From: Strigamia acuminata
Taxonomy: Eukaryota
Assembly (NCBI GenBank): GCA_949358305.1
Contig: OX442314.1
Coordinates: forward strand, 23,560,001 to 23,624,000
DNA: 64,000 bases
Direction: 5' to 3'
The translations under genes were made by a program, and so were the position numbers. Below, piece by piece: positions 1-10,145 of this stretch. Under the pieces are notes generated by a model that had not been told where the DNA came from, did not search any database, and was given only the letters and a program-made list of their open reading frames with translations. Each line of letters starts with the position of its first letter. The first letter of the stretch is position 1.

Positions 1-3000
1 CACACGCTGCTGGTTTTAATTCAAAGTTATCTTTATTTGTAATTCTAACTGGTTATGTAGTGCAATCGTCAGCTCCTATTGGCTGTTTAAAATAAAACGT
101 TATTGAGACGTTCTCGTCTCCTTCCCATTCTCGTGTTCGTCTCGTCTCGTGTTCCTCAGGAACCCGAAAATTCTACAATTCATTAGTTCGAGACCAGCAG
201 GACATGAACAGTGTTACACAACAATTTAGAACCCAAACGGACTCAGCATCGAACGGAATCACATGTGCGAGGTCAAGTTAAACTTTCCATTCGATATCGA
301 TGCGAGTAACCTTGTATGTATATAAATATAACGCCTCACGCAGCACGTAAAACGTATTTACACGACATTTTTACTGAAATAAAAGTTTGAAATTAAACAA
401 AAAGCAATTTGAGGCACAAAACTGTGCATTTAAGTGCAAAAATTCATACTTTTGGCTTAAATTTTGAAACTTGTATAAACAATGCCGTGTGGGTCCAAAA
501 AACGCTTAAATAAATGAAAAATGAATTTTAAAATGAATTTTTGTTACAGGCATCGAGTAACAGCACCGGACATTACGTTTACTTCACCAAACATAAAACG
601 AAGATAGTACGACGGACAACGCACCCGAAATTTATGGAAGATACATATTTTTAATATTGTGTAAATTATTATGTCTATACATTAATGCTTCTTTTTGGAA
701 AGGAGATCGAAAAAACCGTTAATAAAACTTCTGTTATTCTATATTATGGAATGGATTTTTTTGTGTTAATAAAATAAATTTTAGAAATTTTTCTAATATT
801 TGAATTAATAATCATTTGGATTGAAATGAGCACGGTGCTTTTGTAGAAGCGCGCAAAGCATTGCGGAGTACCTGCTCTGCACGCAGGAGCAGCAAGCGGT
901 ACAGCCAATCTAGCTGCCTGATTTAACATTGTTGTCCCAAGAGCAGCAATCGGAAATGTAGAAAGCGGCGCCTAATCGCTTCAAACAACACGTTTTTGAA
1001 AAGTTTAATTCTTTTCATCACATATTGTCTATGTTATTATTCATTAAGCAGAGCCGGCTTGTGGGTCTTGCAAAAAATGTTTTTATTTTGGCAAAGTATT
1101 TTTTATCCCAAAAAGTTCATTTGTAAAGTAGATTGTCTCTAAAAAGAGTCTATTGCAGCACATGATAATGCATTTATTTGCCTAAAAATGTCTAAAAATG
1201 CATTTATTTTCGCCAGGTCGCTTACTACGACAAGACTGAAACGTTGCAAATGAGATTGCACAAATTTTGACAATTTTGCATTAAAATGACCCAAAAAAAA
1301 TGCATTTTTACACGCAGATTGCAATTTGTCTGTCGAAAGAAACGTTTTCTAGTGGTTTCTGCAGATGATGATGTTAATCTGAGCCAGCCATTTGATCTCT
1401 CTCGTTTACAATGCTACATGAAATACGGATTGCCGAAACGGGACTCAATTTTAAGATACAATCGGACTCTCCAACCCAGCTGGGTTTTGGAACACTAAAA
1501 AAACAAAAGCCGCATTGAACTTTACAAGTGTAGGGCCATCCACGTATTTGAAATGTTTCGCAACACCAAAATATAGTAGGCACTTGATTCAAAATTTGAT
1601 CGTGAAGATGGTGATGAGGAAACTGAAGTGTTTCATTATTGAACATTGCAATTATTGCACTAGAATGCAGAGAATTCTCCGCATTCATCGAGGTTTGATA
1701 ACCGATCGAATGATTTGATTTTTTGACGTTTTTGATGGATTTAAATGTGAAAAAAAGTTATTTTTGGTTGGAAAATATCGATTTGAGCTCGAATTTTGAT
1801 GAATTTGTTATGAAAATGTGAATTTTTGATGGTTTTTAACACTTTTAACCGATTTACATTCTGATTAATGTGGATACGTTTAGGAATTGTTCCATTTATG
1901 GTTTGTTTTGGCCAATCATGCGCTGTTTAGTTTCGTACTGACAATTTTGCATTAAAATAGCACGAAAAAATGCATTTTTACACGCAGATTTCAATTTGTA
2001 AGTTTGCTTACTGTTAAAACTATTTATAGGAAAAGGCAAACTGTGTAAGATTTGTATTACTTTTCATTTTAATTTTTTTTTCTCAAATATACTTGTAGAA
2101 AGTACGATTGGGAGGACAGCAGTGCCTGCATATGGACATGATCAAGATCTATTTTGAAAACGAATAATTATACAAAAAATATTTAATATTTTTGAAAAAT
2201 TGTACTTCCTTATTTTAAATTTGATGTATTTTTCTTTCAATTGAATAAAAACATATATTTTAATTTTTTCATCGATTTTTTCATTCCAACATGATTGACG
2301 GCCGGAAAATGAAGGCAAAATTGTCTATTTTAATAAAAATAAAAACATGATCAAATGTTGAAGAAAGAACTAGCTGCTAAGCTGATTGAAAAAAAAAGAA
2401 TTTGAAACAAACGTCGAAGAAGTAGACACGATAAGAGCATCGTCCGATTTCGTGGGAAATGAGACGCGGCATCGAAAAGTGATATCCTCGTAAGTTGCGA
2501 GGCAGGAAAGCCACGCGTAATGAACCTCGATTCAAGAAACGACCTTAAAGCCGAGACAGCAAATTACGTGAATTAATTATAACCGTTGACTAAATGCAAT
2601 TAAAAGTTTTATTCAACATATTGGAACGTATTGGAACACGTATTGCAACCAGTATTAGACACTCTGGATAACTTTTTTAATGTTTTTGAGATGGCGGAAA
2701 TGTAAAACCAAGATGAAACGATCATCGCTGTTCAAATATTCGTTCTAATGAACACGAACCAGATGTCGGAGACGGACATGCATTTGGTCATCATTGACAC
2801 AATTAGAGAGTCTCGTTTTAAAGGTGAAACGCAATAAATTGGCGGAATTTGTCATACTTATACTGAATTGGGAAATAAGACACGTGGACGACGAGAAAAC
2901 AACACGACTTGGGACCATAGCTTTTGGATGAGAACAAAAAACCATTCGACTATTTTCCGACAGTTTCGAGCACAGGACACATGTTTTATTGCAGTTTATC

Positions 3001-3324
3001 CAGTAGGAGGAGGTTTACCGCTCCCGTGGGCGACACAGACTTGCACATGCAGTTCTATAAAAATGAAGAAACGACGATAATTTTTGATAACATCACAGAA
3101 TAAAAATTCGTGTTTTTATTTCGAATTGAAAATGTAGCGGTCGGTTTATTTTGACGATCAAATTGAAGGCAGCAATTGCAGGCTTTTGCCAATCGGTGAC
3201 AAGTATTTCTTCGACTTGGAAATCCACATGAAAATCTTGGAGAGTTGTATAAATGAGAGAGAAATTGCCGGGTAGTTGGCAAAATTAAAAATGTAAAAGT
3301 CAGTGCAGAAATTCGACGGAGAAA

Positions 3325-3432
3325 TTAATATTTTCCCGAGAGTTGATAATTCCACTGATTTATGAATACATCAGCACATTTTTGAATTCGTGGAAGATAA
3401 ATTAGAGATAAACAAAATATATCGATCTCGTT
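3325..3432 (-). pseudogene. Remnant of an IS3EU/IS481EU-like (integrase-core) DDE transposase C-terminal region
   Basis: Minus-strand translation NEIDIFCLSLIYLPRIQKCADVFINQWNYQLS* resembles the 'NExDLFCLHYxYLPRIN...F...WNxHxLS' motif of these transposases; short and stop-terminated. Confidence 0.45.
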
Positions 3433-3720
3433 CAGTTTGTGACGATTCTACTTTTGGTTGAATTATAAGCCATTAAACGAGATAAATCGGTCGGAACAAG
3501 ACATTGCTAAACCTAACAATAACCTAACCGAGATAAGCTACGAAATATGTGCAACGTGAATAAATAACCAGAATAGCAAATAACTTACGGTTTTCCATGT
3601 TTATTATCAATACAACTGGTTCTGGGTTCTGGGCATGTGTAAACATAACCGATCGTTTTTGACGTTGCAATCGAATTCTTTCGAAGGTCGCCATGTCGTT
3701 TTTTCACTGTTCGATTGAAT

Positions 3721-5283
3721 CTACGTTGGCTCAGTGGATCCGAAAGTCAAGAGGGCGAGGGATTGTTCTCCAGTTTTTTCCAGTTGTAATTCGCGCGACA
3801 GTTTTTCTGTGATGAAACTTCTTTGTGATCCCCCATCCAAAAAACACTGGACTTTTCTTTTCTTGTTGCTTCCGTTGGCTTCCAGAACGACGACTTGCAG
3901 GAACATCACGGTTTCCATAGCTGTAGACTCTTGTACGGCTGAAGTTAAAGTTGTTTCTGTTTTCTTCGTGTCTTCTTTGTCGCACAAATACGTGTGATGT
4001 TTCTGCTCACATTTTCGGCATTTAAATCGGGTGTTGCATTGGCGAGCCTGATGATTCTCTTTTAAGCATCGATAACAACGTCGGGCCTTGAAACACGCTT
4101 CCTTTCGTTTCTCCACGGACAACGGACAGTCTGGACTCTTGTGATCTTCTTTCTCGCAAAACGTGCATTTGTAGACAATGTTGGAGAGGGCTGAAGCGGA
4201 ACTGTGATTATTAGACTTGTAATTGGTTTTCTTCACTTCTTCCTTTCTGGTATTCGGAGCTTCCGTCGATTCTTGTGTTTTATTATTGGTTTTGTCTGCG
4301 GCTTCCGTACGCTCCCTCATCGCGACCTCGAATCTGAAGAAATCAAGAAATTCTTTTACTTTCCACGGCGCATCTCCTCGTGGACGCGCAAAATCGTGCT
4401 GGATACTGTTTGGTACAGCACGCGCTAATATTGGGCACAACAATGGTCCAAAGGTTTCCGCAGGTACGCCGAGGTTCTCGAGACTTTTGATGTGGAGGTC
4501 GCAAAAGTCGTACAGCTTCCGTAACGCCGTTATATCCTCCGCTCGTTTCACTGGTTGCATCTCGAGGAGTTTTGCCATGTGTGCACCTACAATCTGTTCT
4601 TTTTGACCAAAACGATTAGTTAAAAGTTCTATTGCAGTGTCATAGTTGAGTTCCGTCACGGTGAGCCCGCTAATTGCATTTGCTGCGAGTCCCTCGACGA
4701 GTGAGCGCAGATACACAAACTTGGCGGTTTTGGGTAAAGCTGTATTGTTGTGCACGCTCAATTCAAAATCGGACCAGAACCCCGTCCAGGTTTCCGGCGT
4801 GCCTTTAAACTTGGCGACCTCGAGCTTCGGCAGTTTCATCACTGCACATTGCGGTTGAATTGGGTTTGGGTTTTGCACAGGTGGAACGAAAAGAGGGTTA
4901 ACTGGTGGTATATTTACGAGTGGTACTTGCGGTGGTTGTTGTGGTGGTGTTTGTTTCATTTGCGCGAGTTCTTTCAAGGCGACTTCGAGTGTGATTCGGG
5001 CGGCGGTCATCTCGTCTTGTAGTTCTTCCGCTTCGAATTCGTCTTGGTCCACCTCGTTCACGTCGGTGATCCCGTCGGCGATTATTGTGTCCAGTTTATC
5101 GATTTTCAAACGTTTTGTGATTAGTTGGGCTTGTATGCATAATAATCGTACCTCGTTGAGGGGATCCTCGGCCATTTCTTTCTTCAATTTCGCAAAAAGC
5201 GCACGCACGCTCCTTCTCTGTGTTTCCCTTTGTGCACGACTTCTTGCCAAATCGTCCATTTTCGCGTTCTGGTTCGTTTTCAA
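3721..5283 (-). CDS. BEL/Pao Gag (DUF1759-type) with three Cys/His knuckles and truncated aspartic protease
   Basis: KLPKLEVAKFKG..W..FWSDFELSVH..KFVYLRSLVEG; CTFCEKEDHKSPDC, CYRCLKENHQARQC, CRKCEQKHHTYLC; protease FLDGGSQRSFIT; ORF ends abruptly after TFGS. Confidence 0.9.
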   Translation of the reverse strand: MKTNQNAKMDDLARSRAQRETQRRSVRALFAKLKKEMAEDPLNEVRLLCIQAQLITKRLKIDKLDTIIADGITDVNEVDQDEFEAEELQDEMTAARITLEVALKELAQMKQTPPQQPPQVPLVNIPPVNPLFVPPVQNPNPIQPQCAVMKLPKLEVAKFKGTPETWTGFWSDFELSVHNNTALPKTAKFVYLRSLVEGLAANAISGLTVTELNYDTAIELLTNRFGQKEQIVGAHMAKLLEMQPVKRAEDITALRKLYDFCDLHIKSLENLGVPAETFGPLLCPILARAVPNSIQHDFARPRGDAPWKVKEFLDFFRFEVAMRERTEAADKTNNKTQESTEAPNTRKEEVKKTNYKSNNHSSASALSNIVYKCTFCEKEDHKSPDCPLSVEKRKEACFKARRCYRCLKENHQARQCNTRFKCRKCEQKHHTYLCDKEDTKKTETTLTSAVQESTAMETVMFLQVVVLEANGSNKKRKVQCFLDGGSQRSFITEKLSRELQLEKTGEQSLALLTFGSTEPT

Positions 5284-5290
5284 AAATGTT

Positions 5291-5308
5291 TCCCGGGTTT
5301 CGGCACCA
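5291..5308 (-). promoter_or_regulatory. Primer binding site, tRNA-Phe
   Basis: Plus strand TCCCGGGTTTCGGCACCA equals the 3' 18 nt of eukaryotic tRNA-Phe(GAA), including CCA. Confidence 0.9.
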
Positions 5309-6007
5309 TGAGACGTTGCACGAGCAACTTGTATAAATGAAACACTCCTAAAACTTGTTAAAACGACGGATGGAGTCGGATTCGGATCGAAGTTTGTTGT
5401 AGACTCAAAGAAACGATGTAGACAAGGTTACATTTGAAAAGACAGTGAGTTTTTATTCAAAATTTTAGATATATAAAACAAGAGGATTAAGTTAATCCTT
5501 AAATTCCAATAATATAGATCCGGGTCACAAGTGAACTTTTCCACTTGCGCCACGGTGGTCAAAACACTCAACTAAATTATTTCACTTTGGAAACCGCCAG
5601 TTTCCACAATGGGTGGTGGTGTTGTGCTATGCTATGCAGCTAAAACAGCTTTACATGACACTTTACAATAATTAAATGCACATATTTAAAATATTTAAAA
5701 AAAATTATAAGTACCGGTATACATTATAAATACACCATAATTTGTGATAAAAGATGTTGTAGATGTGTATGTTTTGTGATGTTAAACGACTTTTGAATGC
5801 AGCTATTGTGTACTTTTTAAAAATCTTCATAATAACCATGTTAAATCAAAATAAATTAGGCGCATTCAATTCTAAATTACAAAAATCCGATTTCAAAAAC
5901 TTGATTACAGAATTGGTTTTTAACTTTGAACGAGTTAAAAACCGATAATCAAGTTTTTGATTATCTATTTAAATTATTATTTATTTTTTAAAGACCTGAG
6001 AACCGAC

Positions 6008-6287
6008 CAAACACTGCCCGCATTTGCGCGATCGAATGCAGCCAAACATCCGCCGCATTCGATCGCCCAAATACGGCCGGTGTTTGGCTGTATTCGATCG
6101 CCCAAATACGGCGGGTGTTTAGCTGTATTCGATCGCGCAAATGCGGCGGGTGTTTGGCTGTATTCGATCGCCCAAATACGGCGGGTGTTTAGCTGTATTC
6201 GATCGCGCAAATGCGGCGGGTGTTTGGCTGTATTCGATCGCCCAAATACGGCGGATGTTTAGCTGTATTCGATCGCGAAAATGCGGC
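6008..6287. repeat. 35-bp minisatellite with alternating A/B units (70-bp dimer) and an inverted copy at the left end
   Basis: gctgtattcgatcgcccaaatacggcgggtgttta alternates with gctgtattcgatcgcgcaaatgcggcgggtgtttg; 6008-6042 is approximately the reverse complement of unit B. Confidence 0.9.
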
Positions 6288-6550
6288 ATGTGTAAAAATC
6301 GATTGGTACTGTTGCGGATCAGCTAGCAATACGTTCTTGTAGCCTACCAATGTTAGGCCAATATTGGCTTTAGCACTGTGACATCCGGTCACCTCTCGCC
6401 TGGCATCACGTCCACAGTTCGTTTGCTTTAGGGAATCACGTCCACTCAACGTTCTGTTTAATTCGTCTTATTTAAACAGCAGAACTTCCTAAATAAATCA
6501 GTCGACCAGTTTAAACAAACCAAGCAAACCAAGCACTTTAAATACACACT

Positions 6551-8005
6551 CGGCTCGTTCAATTTCAATTCGCCATTGGAAACGCAAAACCCTTTTCAAT
6601 GGCGAAATTCAGCACACACATATTCGCCATTGGTCACGTTTTTGCGTTTCCAACGGCGAAATTCAGCACACACATATTCGCCATTGGTCACGTTTTTGCG
6701 TTTCCAACGGCGAAATTCAGCACACACATATTTGCCATTGGTCACGTTTTTGCGTTTCCAATGGCGAAATTCAGCACACACATATTCGCCATTGGTCACG
6801 TTTTTGCGTTTCCAATGGCGAAATTCAGCACACACATATTCGCCATTGGTCACGTTTTTGCGTTTCCAATGGCGAAATTCAGCACACACATATTCGCCAT
6901 TGGTCACGTTTTTGCGTTTCCAACGGCGAAATTCAGCACACACATATTTGCCATTGGTCACGTTTTTGCGTTTCCAATGGCGAAATTCAGCACACACATA
7001 TTCGCCATTGGTCACGTTTTTGCGTTTCCAATGGCGAAATTCAGCACACACATATTCGCCATTGGTCACGTTTTTGCGTTTCCAATGGCGAAATTCAGCA
7101 CACACATATTCGCCATTGGTCACGTTTTTGCGTTTCCAATGGCGAAATTCAGCACACACATATTCGCCATTGGTCACGTTTTTGCGTTTCCAATGGCGAA
7201 ATTCAGCACACACATATTCGCCATTGGTCACGTTTTTGCGTTTCCAACGGCGAAATTCAGCACACACATATTTGCCATTGGTCACGTTTTTGCGTTTCCA
7301 ATGGCGAAATTCAGCACACACATATTCGCCATTGGTCACGTTTTTGCGTTTCCAATGGCGAAATTCAGCACACACATATTCGCCATTGGTCACGTTTTTG
7401 CGTTTCCAATGGCGAAATTCAGCACACACATATTTGCCATTGGTCACGTTTTTGCGTTTCCAATGGCGAAATTCAGCACACACATATTCGCCATTGGTCA
7501 CGTTTTTGCGTTTCCAATGGCGAAATTCAGCACACACATATTCGCCATTGGTCACGTTTTTGCGTTTCCAATGGCGAAATTCAGCACACACATATTCGCC
7601 ATTGGTCACGTTTTTGCGTTTCCAATGGCGAAATTCAGCACACACATATTCGCCATTGGTCACGTTTTTGCGTTTCCAATGGCGAAATTCAGCACACACA
7701 TATTCGCCATTGGTCACGTTTTTGCGTTTCCAATGGCGAATTTCAACATGCACATATTCGCCATTGGAAGCGTAAAAACGTTCCCAATGGCGAATTTTAC
7801 ATTAAAAACAAATCTCCCACATTCGCCCTTGGAAACAGAAAATATCTTTCCAATGGCGAATGTGGGAAATAAAACATTCCTGCACTCAAAAAACGTTTCC
7901 AATGGCGAATTTAATAAAATTTGCCATTGGAAACGTCAAAATAGGTTTCTAAAGGCGAATTTCCAAAATTCGCCCTTAGACGATTCGCCGTTGGAACAGG
8001 TACCC
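6551..8005. repeat. 54-bp palindromic tandem array (~21 near-perfect units, ~6597-7740) with degenerate flanking units, probably inside a non-autonomous DNA element
   Basis: Unit tggcgaaattcagcacacacatattcgccattggtcacgtttttgcgtttccaa contains the inverted pair ccaatggcgaa/ttcgccattgg; degenerate versions run to ...ttcgccgttggaacaggtacc at ~8005. Confidence 0.95.
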
Positions 8006-10054
8006 CATTAAAGGAGTTTGTCCAAGTCTAGCTTCTTTCACATATTCTTTAATGCGTAACTGCCGTTTCTTAATAGCTGCAGTCTCCTCCGGAGTCAAAT
8101 ATTCATTATACTTTTCTTCGATTCTCAGGTCATTATCCCTTAAAAATTGGGAGAGTTCTTTGAATGATCCGACTGGCGGTGCATCAACATTTTGCAGAAT
8201 ACTTCGGGAATATGGTGTCATCGCCTTTCGAAATTTTCTGTCCACATCATGGTCAGTAGATGGCGTTGGTAATGATGACAACAAATCTTCGGTTCGGCGG
8301 AGATAGGAACGAATGTCTTCTCCCGCTGATTGAGCTAAATTGTCCCATAATTGATAAATGTCTTCAGTGGGTTCAGCGTATTCTCGCATGAACGCTTCTA
8401 CAAATTGATTCCAGTGCACGAATTCTCGTTCGACGAACCAATTTTCGGCGCGTGCCACCAATGATTTTGGGACTAACTTCTCCAAAGTATCTTGAGGTGT
8501 TATACCATTTAGTCGAGCCATTCTGGTAATTTCTTCCAAAAAGGTTGATCCCATTTGGAATTCTCCATTAAAACGATCAGGGACTAATCGATCCCATCGA
8601 ATTGTTTTCACATCGGCAATTTTATGCCGCCACTTATCAGTGGTGTATTTCGCAATTTTGCGCTTCAAGTCGAATTTGCGTAACTCTGCTAGCCGTGTGG
8701 TTCGACTTGCTGACTGCGCTTGTTTTTGAAACATCGCGTCGATCTGTTCAGCGGTGTAATAACGTTCATCGCTGGACCGAGATCTTCTGGATTTCGTCCT
8801 TGAACGACTCTTTCGTTCTTTCCGCGTTTCAGATCGAGTAGATTTTTCGCCTTCCGAAAGGGATTCGTCCTTCGACCCTCGTGGCGGAGGTACATTGTCG
8901 TATTTCTGACGCTCATCCCCCTTATCGCGATCTTCGGGGTCTGGAGACGCACTCCGACTTCCAGACTGGTCATAATTATCGTTGGGCCGATGCGAATCGT
9001 TTTGTATCTTCATACGATTTCTTTCATCCATCATGGTCATGAGTTTGTCGCTATTAGTGAAAATTTCGGCATCTGAAGCGCCGTTCTTTTTTGATGTAGG
9101 CCCCTCAGTATCGGAACATCTTCTTTTGCGCGACTGTCGCTCATCTTCACTTGATGTTTGAGACGAATCGTCGGTTGCAGAATCTTCTAGCCGCACGACT
9201 TTCTTTTTCACTTTGGCGGCTGGACCTTTCTGTTGTGAGGCGAATTCAGCAACACGTATTCGTTCTTGTTCCTCCTCAAATTCCTCTTGTTCTTTCAGCA
9301 ATTTGGCTCGCCGTAGCTCATCTTCAGTTTCTTGAGCTTTTTTGTCGGCGGCTGCCATTTGTCTACGGAGTTCTTCATTAGATGATTCCTGTTGTTTTAT
9401 GGAATCCCAAGCAATCTCCTGTTCCCTTTTGAAAACTTCAGTCTCTTTTTTAGACAAATGTTTCTTTCGAGCATCGAATTCCATGCGTTGGCGCTCCAGT
9501 TCGTCCGATTGTTTTTTCAGTTTTTCTTCACTGTGACGGTACTGAGCGTTTATCTCTCGCAAAGCTTGATTCGATTTTTCAGCAGCTTCCTTGGCTTGAG
9601 ACGCTGAGTTCATTTTTCGAGTAACAGCAGCCATCTGCTCGTTCATATGATCGACCAGGCGTTTTCTTTCATGAGCGGACATGGCTTCGTAAACTTCCAT
9701 AATCGTCATCTGATCAGTCACTTGTACCCCCTGGAGAATTGCTCGATCCAGAAGTTCCTTGTAACCCACCGGTTGCGTATCAGGAATCTCGATGTTGTCC
9801 AAATCCATGGAAGAATCACCCCAGTTCGTTGGTCCAGCGGAAATCGCTTCTTCGCGTTCTTCACCGCCTGTTCCAACTTCCTTAGTCGTGGCACTCTCGG
9901 CGGCAACAGCGTCAATAGTTTCGGCTACATGTTGAGCCGTTAGACTATTACGCGCCGTTCGAGGACGACCCGATCTACGGCGCTTAGCGCCCGTTTTTGT
10001 ACGAGTCTGTACTCCTTCATCATCAATAGGAATTTCTCCTTCTGAGTTTGACAT
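7976..10054 (-). CDS. Ty3/gypsy-type Gag with long N-terminal coiled-coil and Arg/Ser-rich extension; 3'-truncated at ~8005
   Basis: C-terminal capsid-like region PDRFNG..STFLEEI..LVARAENWF..WNQFVEAFMREY..LAQSAGEDIRSY; begins just downstream of a PBS; the last ~10 codons come from the repeat element. Confidence 0.8.
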   Translation of the reverse strand: MSNSEGEIPIDDEGVQTRTKTGAKRRRSGRPRTARNSLTAQHVAETIDAVAAESATTKEVGTGGEEREEAISAGPTNWGDSSMDLDNIEIPDTQPVGYKELLDRAILQGVQVTDQMTIMEVYEAMSAHERKRLVDHMNEQMAAVTRKMNSASQAKEAAEKSNQALREINAQYRHSEEKLKKQSDELERQRMEFDARKKHLSKKETEVFKREQEIAWDSIKQQESSNEELRRQMAAADKKAQETEDELRRAKLLKEQEEFEEEQERIRVAEFASQQKGPAAKVKKKVVRLEDSATDDSSQTSSEDERQSRKRRCSDTEGPTSKKNGASDAEIFTNSDKLMTMMDERNRMKIQNDSHRPNDNYDQSGSRSASPDPEDRDKGDERQKYDNVPPPRGSKDESLSEGEKSTRSETRKERKSRSRTKSRRSRSSDERYYTAEQIDAMFQKQAQSASRTTRLAELRKFDLKRKIAKYTTDKWRHKIADVKTIRWDRLVPDRFNGEFQMGSTFLEEITRMARLNGITPQDTLEKLVPKSLVARAENWFVEREFVHWNQFVEAFMREYAEPTEDIYQLWDNLAQSAGEDIRSYLRRTEDLLSSLPTPSTDHDVDRKFRKAMTPYSRSILQNVDAPPVGSFKELSQFLRDNDLRIEEKYNEYLTPEETAAIKKRQLRIKEYVKEARLGQTPLMGYLFQRRIV

Positions 10055-10125
10055 ACTGAGTTAGACAGATAAGAGAGAAAGATGATAGGAAAGTAGGAAT
10101 AAATTCTAATTTTAAACAATTGGTT

Positions 10126-10143
10126 ATCCCGGACGGGCCCCCA
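10126..10143 (-). promoter_or_regulatory. Primer binding site, tRNA-Pro
   Basis: Minus strand TGGGGGCCCGTCCGGGAT is a 17/18 match to the canonical tRNA-Pro PBS TGGGGGCTCGTCCGGGAT. Confidence 0.85.
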
Positions 10144-10145
10144 AG

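Larger units (their letters stand above)
3721..5608 (-). mobile_element. BEL/Pao LTR retrotransposon, 5' part only (putative LTR ~5309-5608, PBS, gag and start of protease)
   Basis: tRNA-Phe PBS next to a CA LTR end at 5309; gag-pro ORF follows; RT/RH/IN are absent. The LTR outer end (TGTGGAAAC on minus) is inferred. Confidence 0.85.

Noticed and set aside
1269..1999. ~60-bp direct repeats at 1269 and 1939 as LTRs
   Set aside because: No TG...CA ends, PBS or PPT; probably decayed TE or local duplication.
2690..3080. Harbinger transposase N-terminal remnant
   Set aside because: Only vague similarity (RR..W.H.FW..R....FRQFRAQD) with stops; insufficient support without a search.
5291..5308. 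tRNA genes at the tRNA-matching 18-mers (also 10126, 14565, 50244)
   Set aside because: Only 3'-end matches including CCA next to LTR ends; these are primer binding sites.
6576..8011. CRISPR-like array, or 385-470-aa repeat proteins
   Set aside because: Units are near-identical with no unique spacers and no cas genes; the ORFs arise only because the 54-bp unit is a multiple of 3 and stop-free in three frames.
7976..10054. Already-domesticated Arc-like host gene
   Set aside because: It retains a PBS and LTR, has no introns, and its stop is supplied by an adjacent repeat; nothing here shows domestication.
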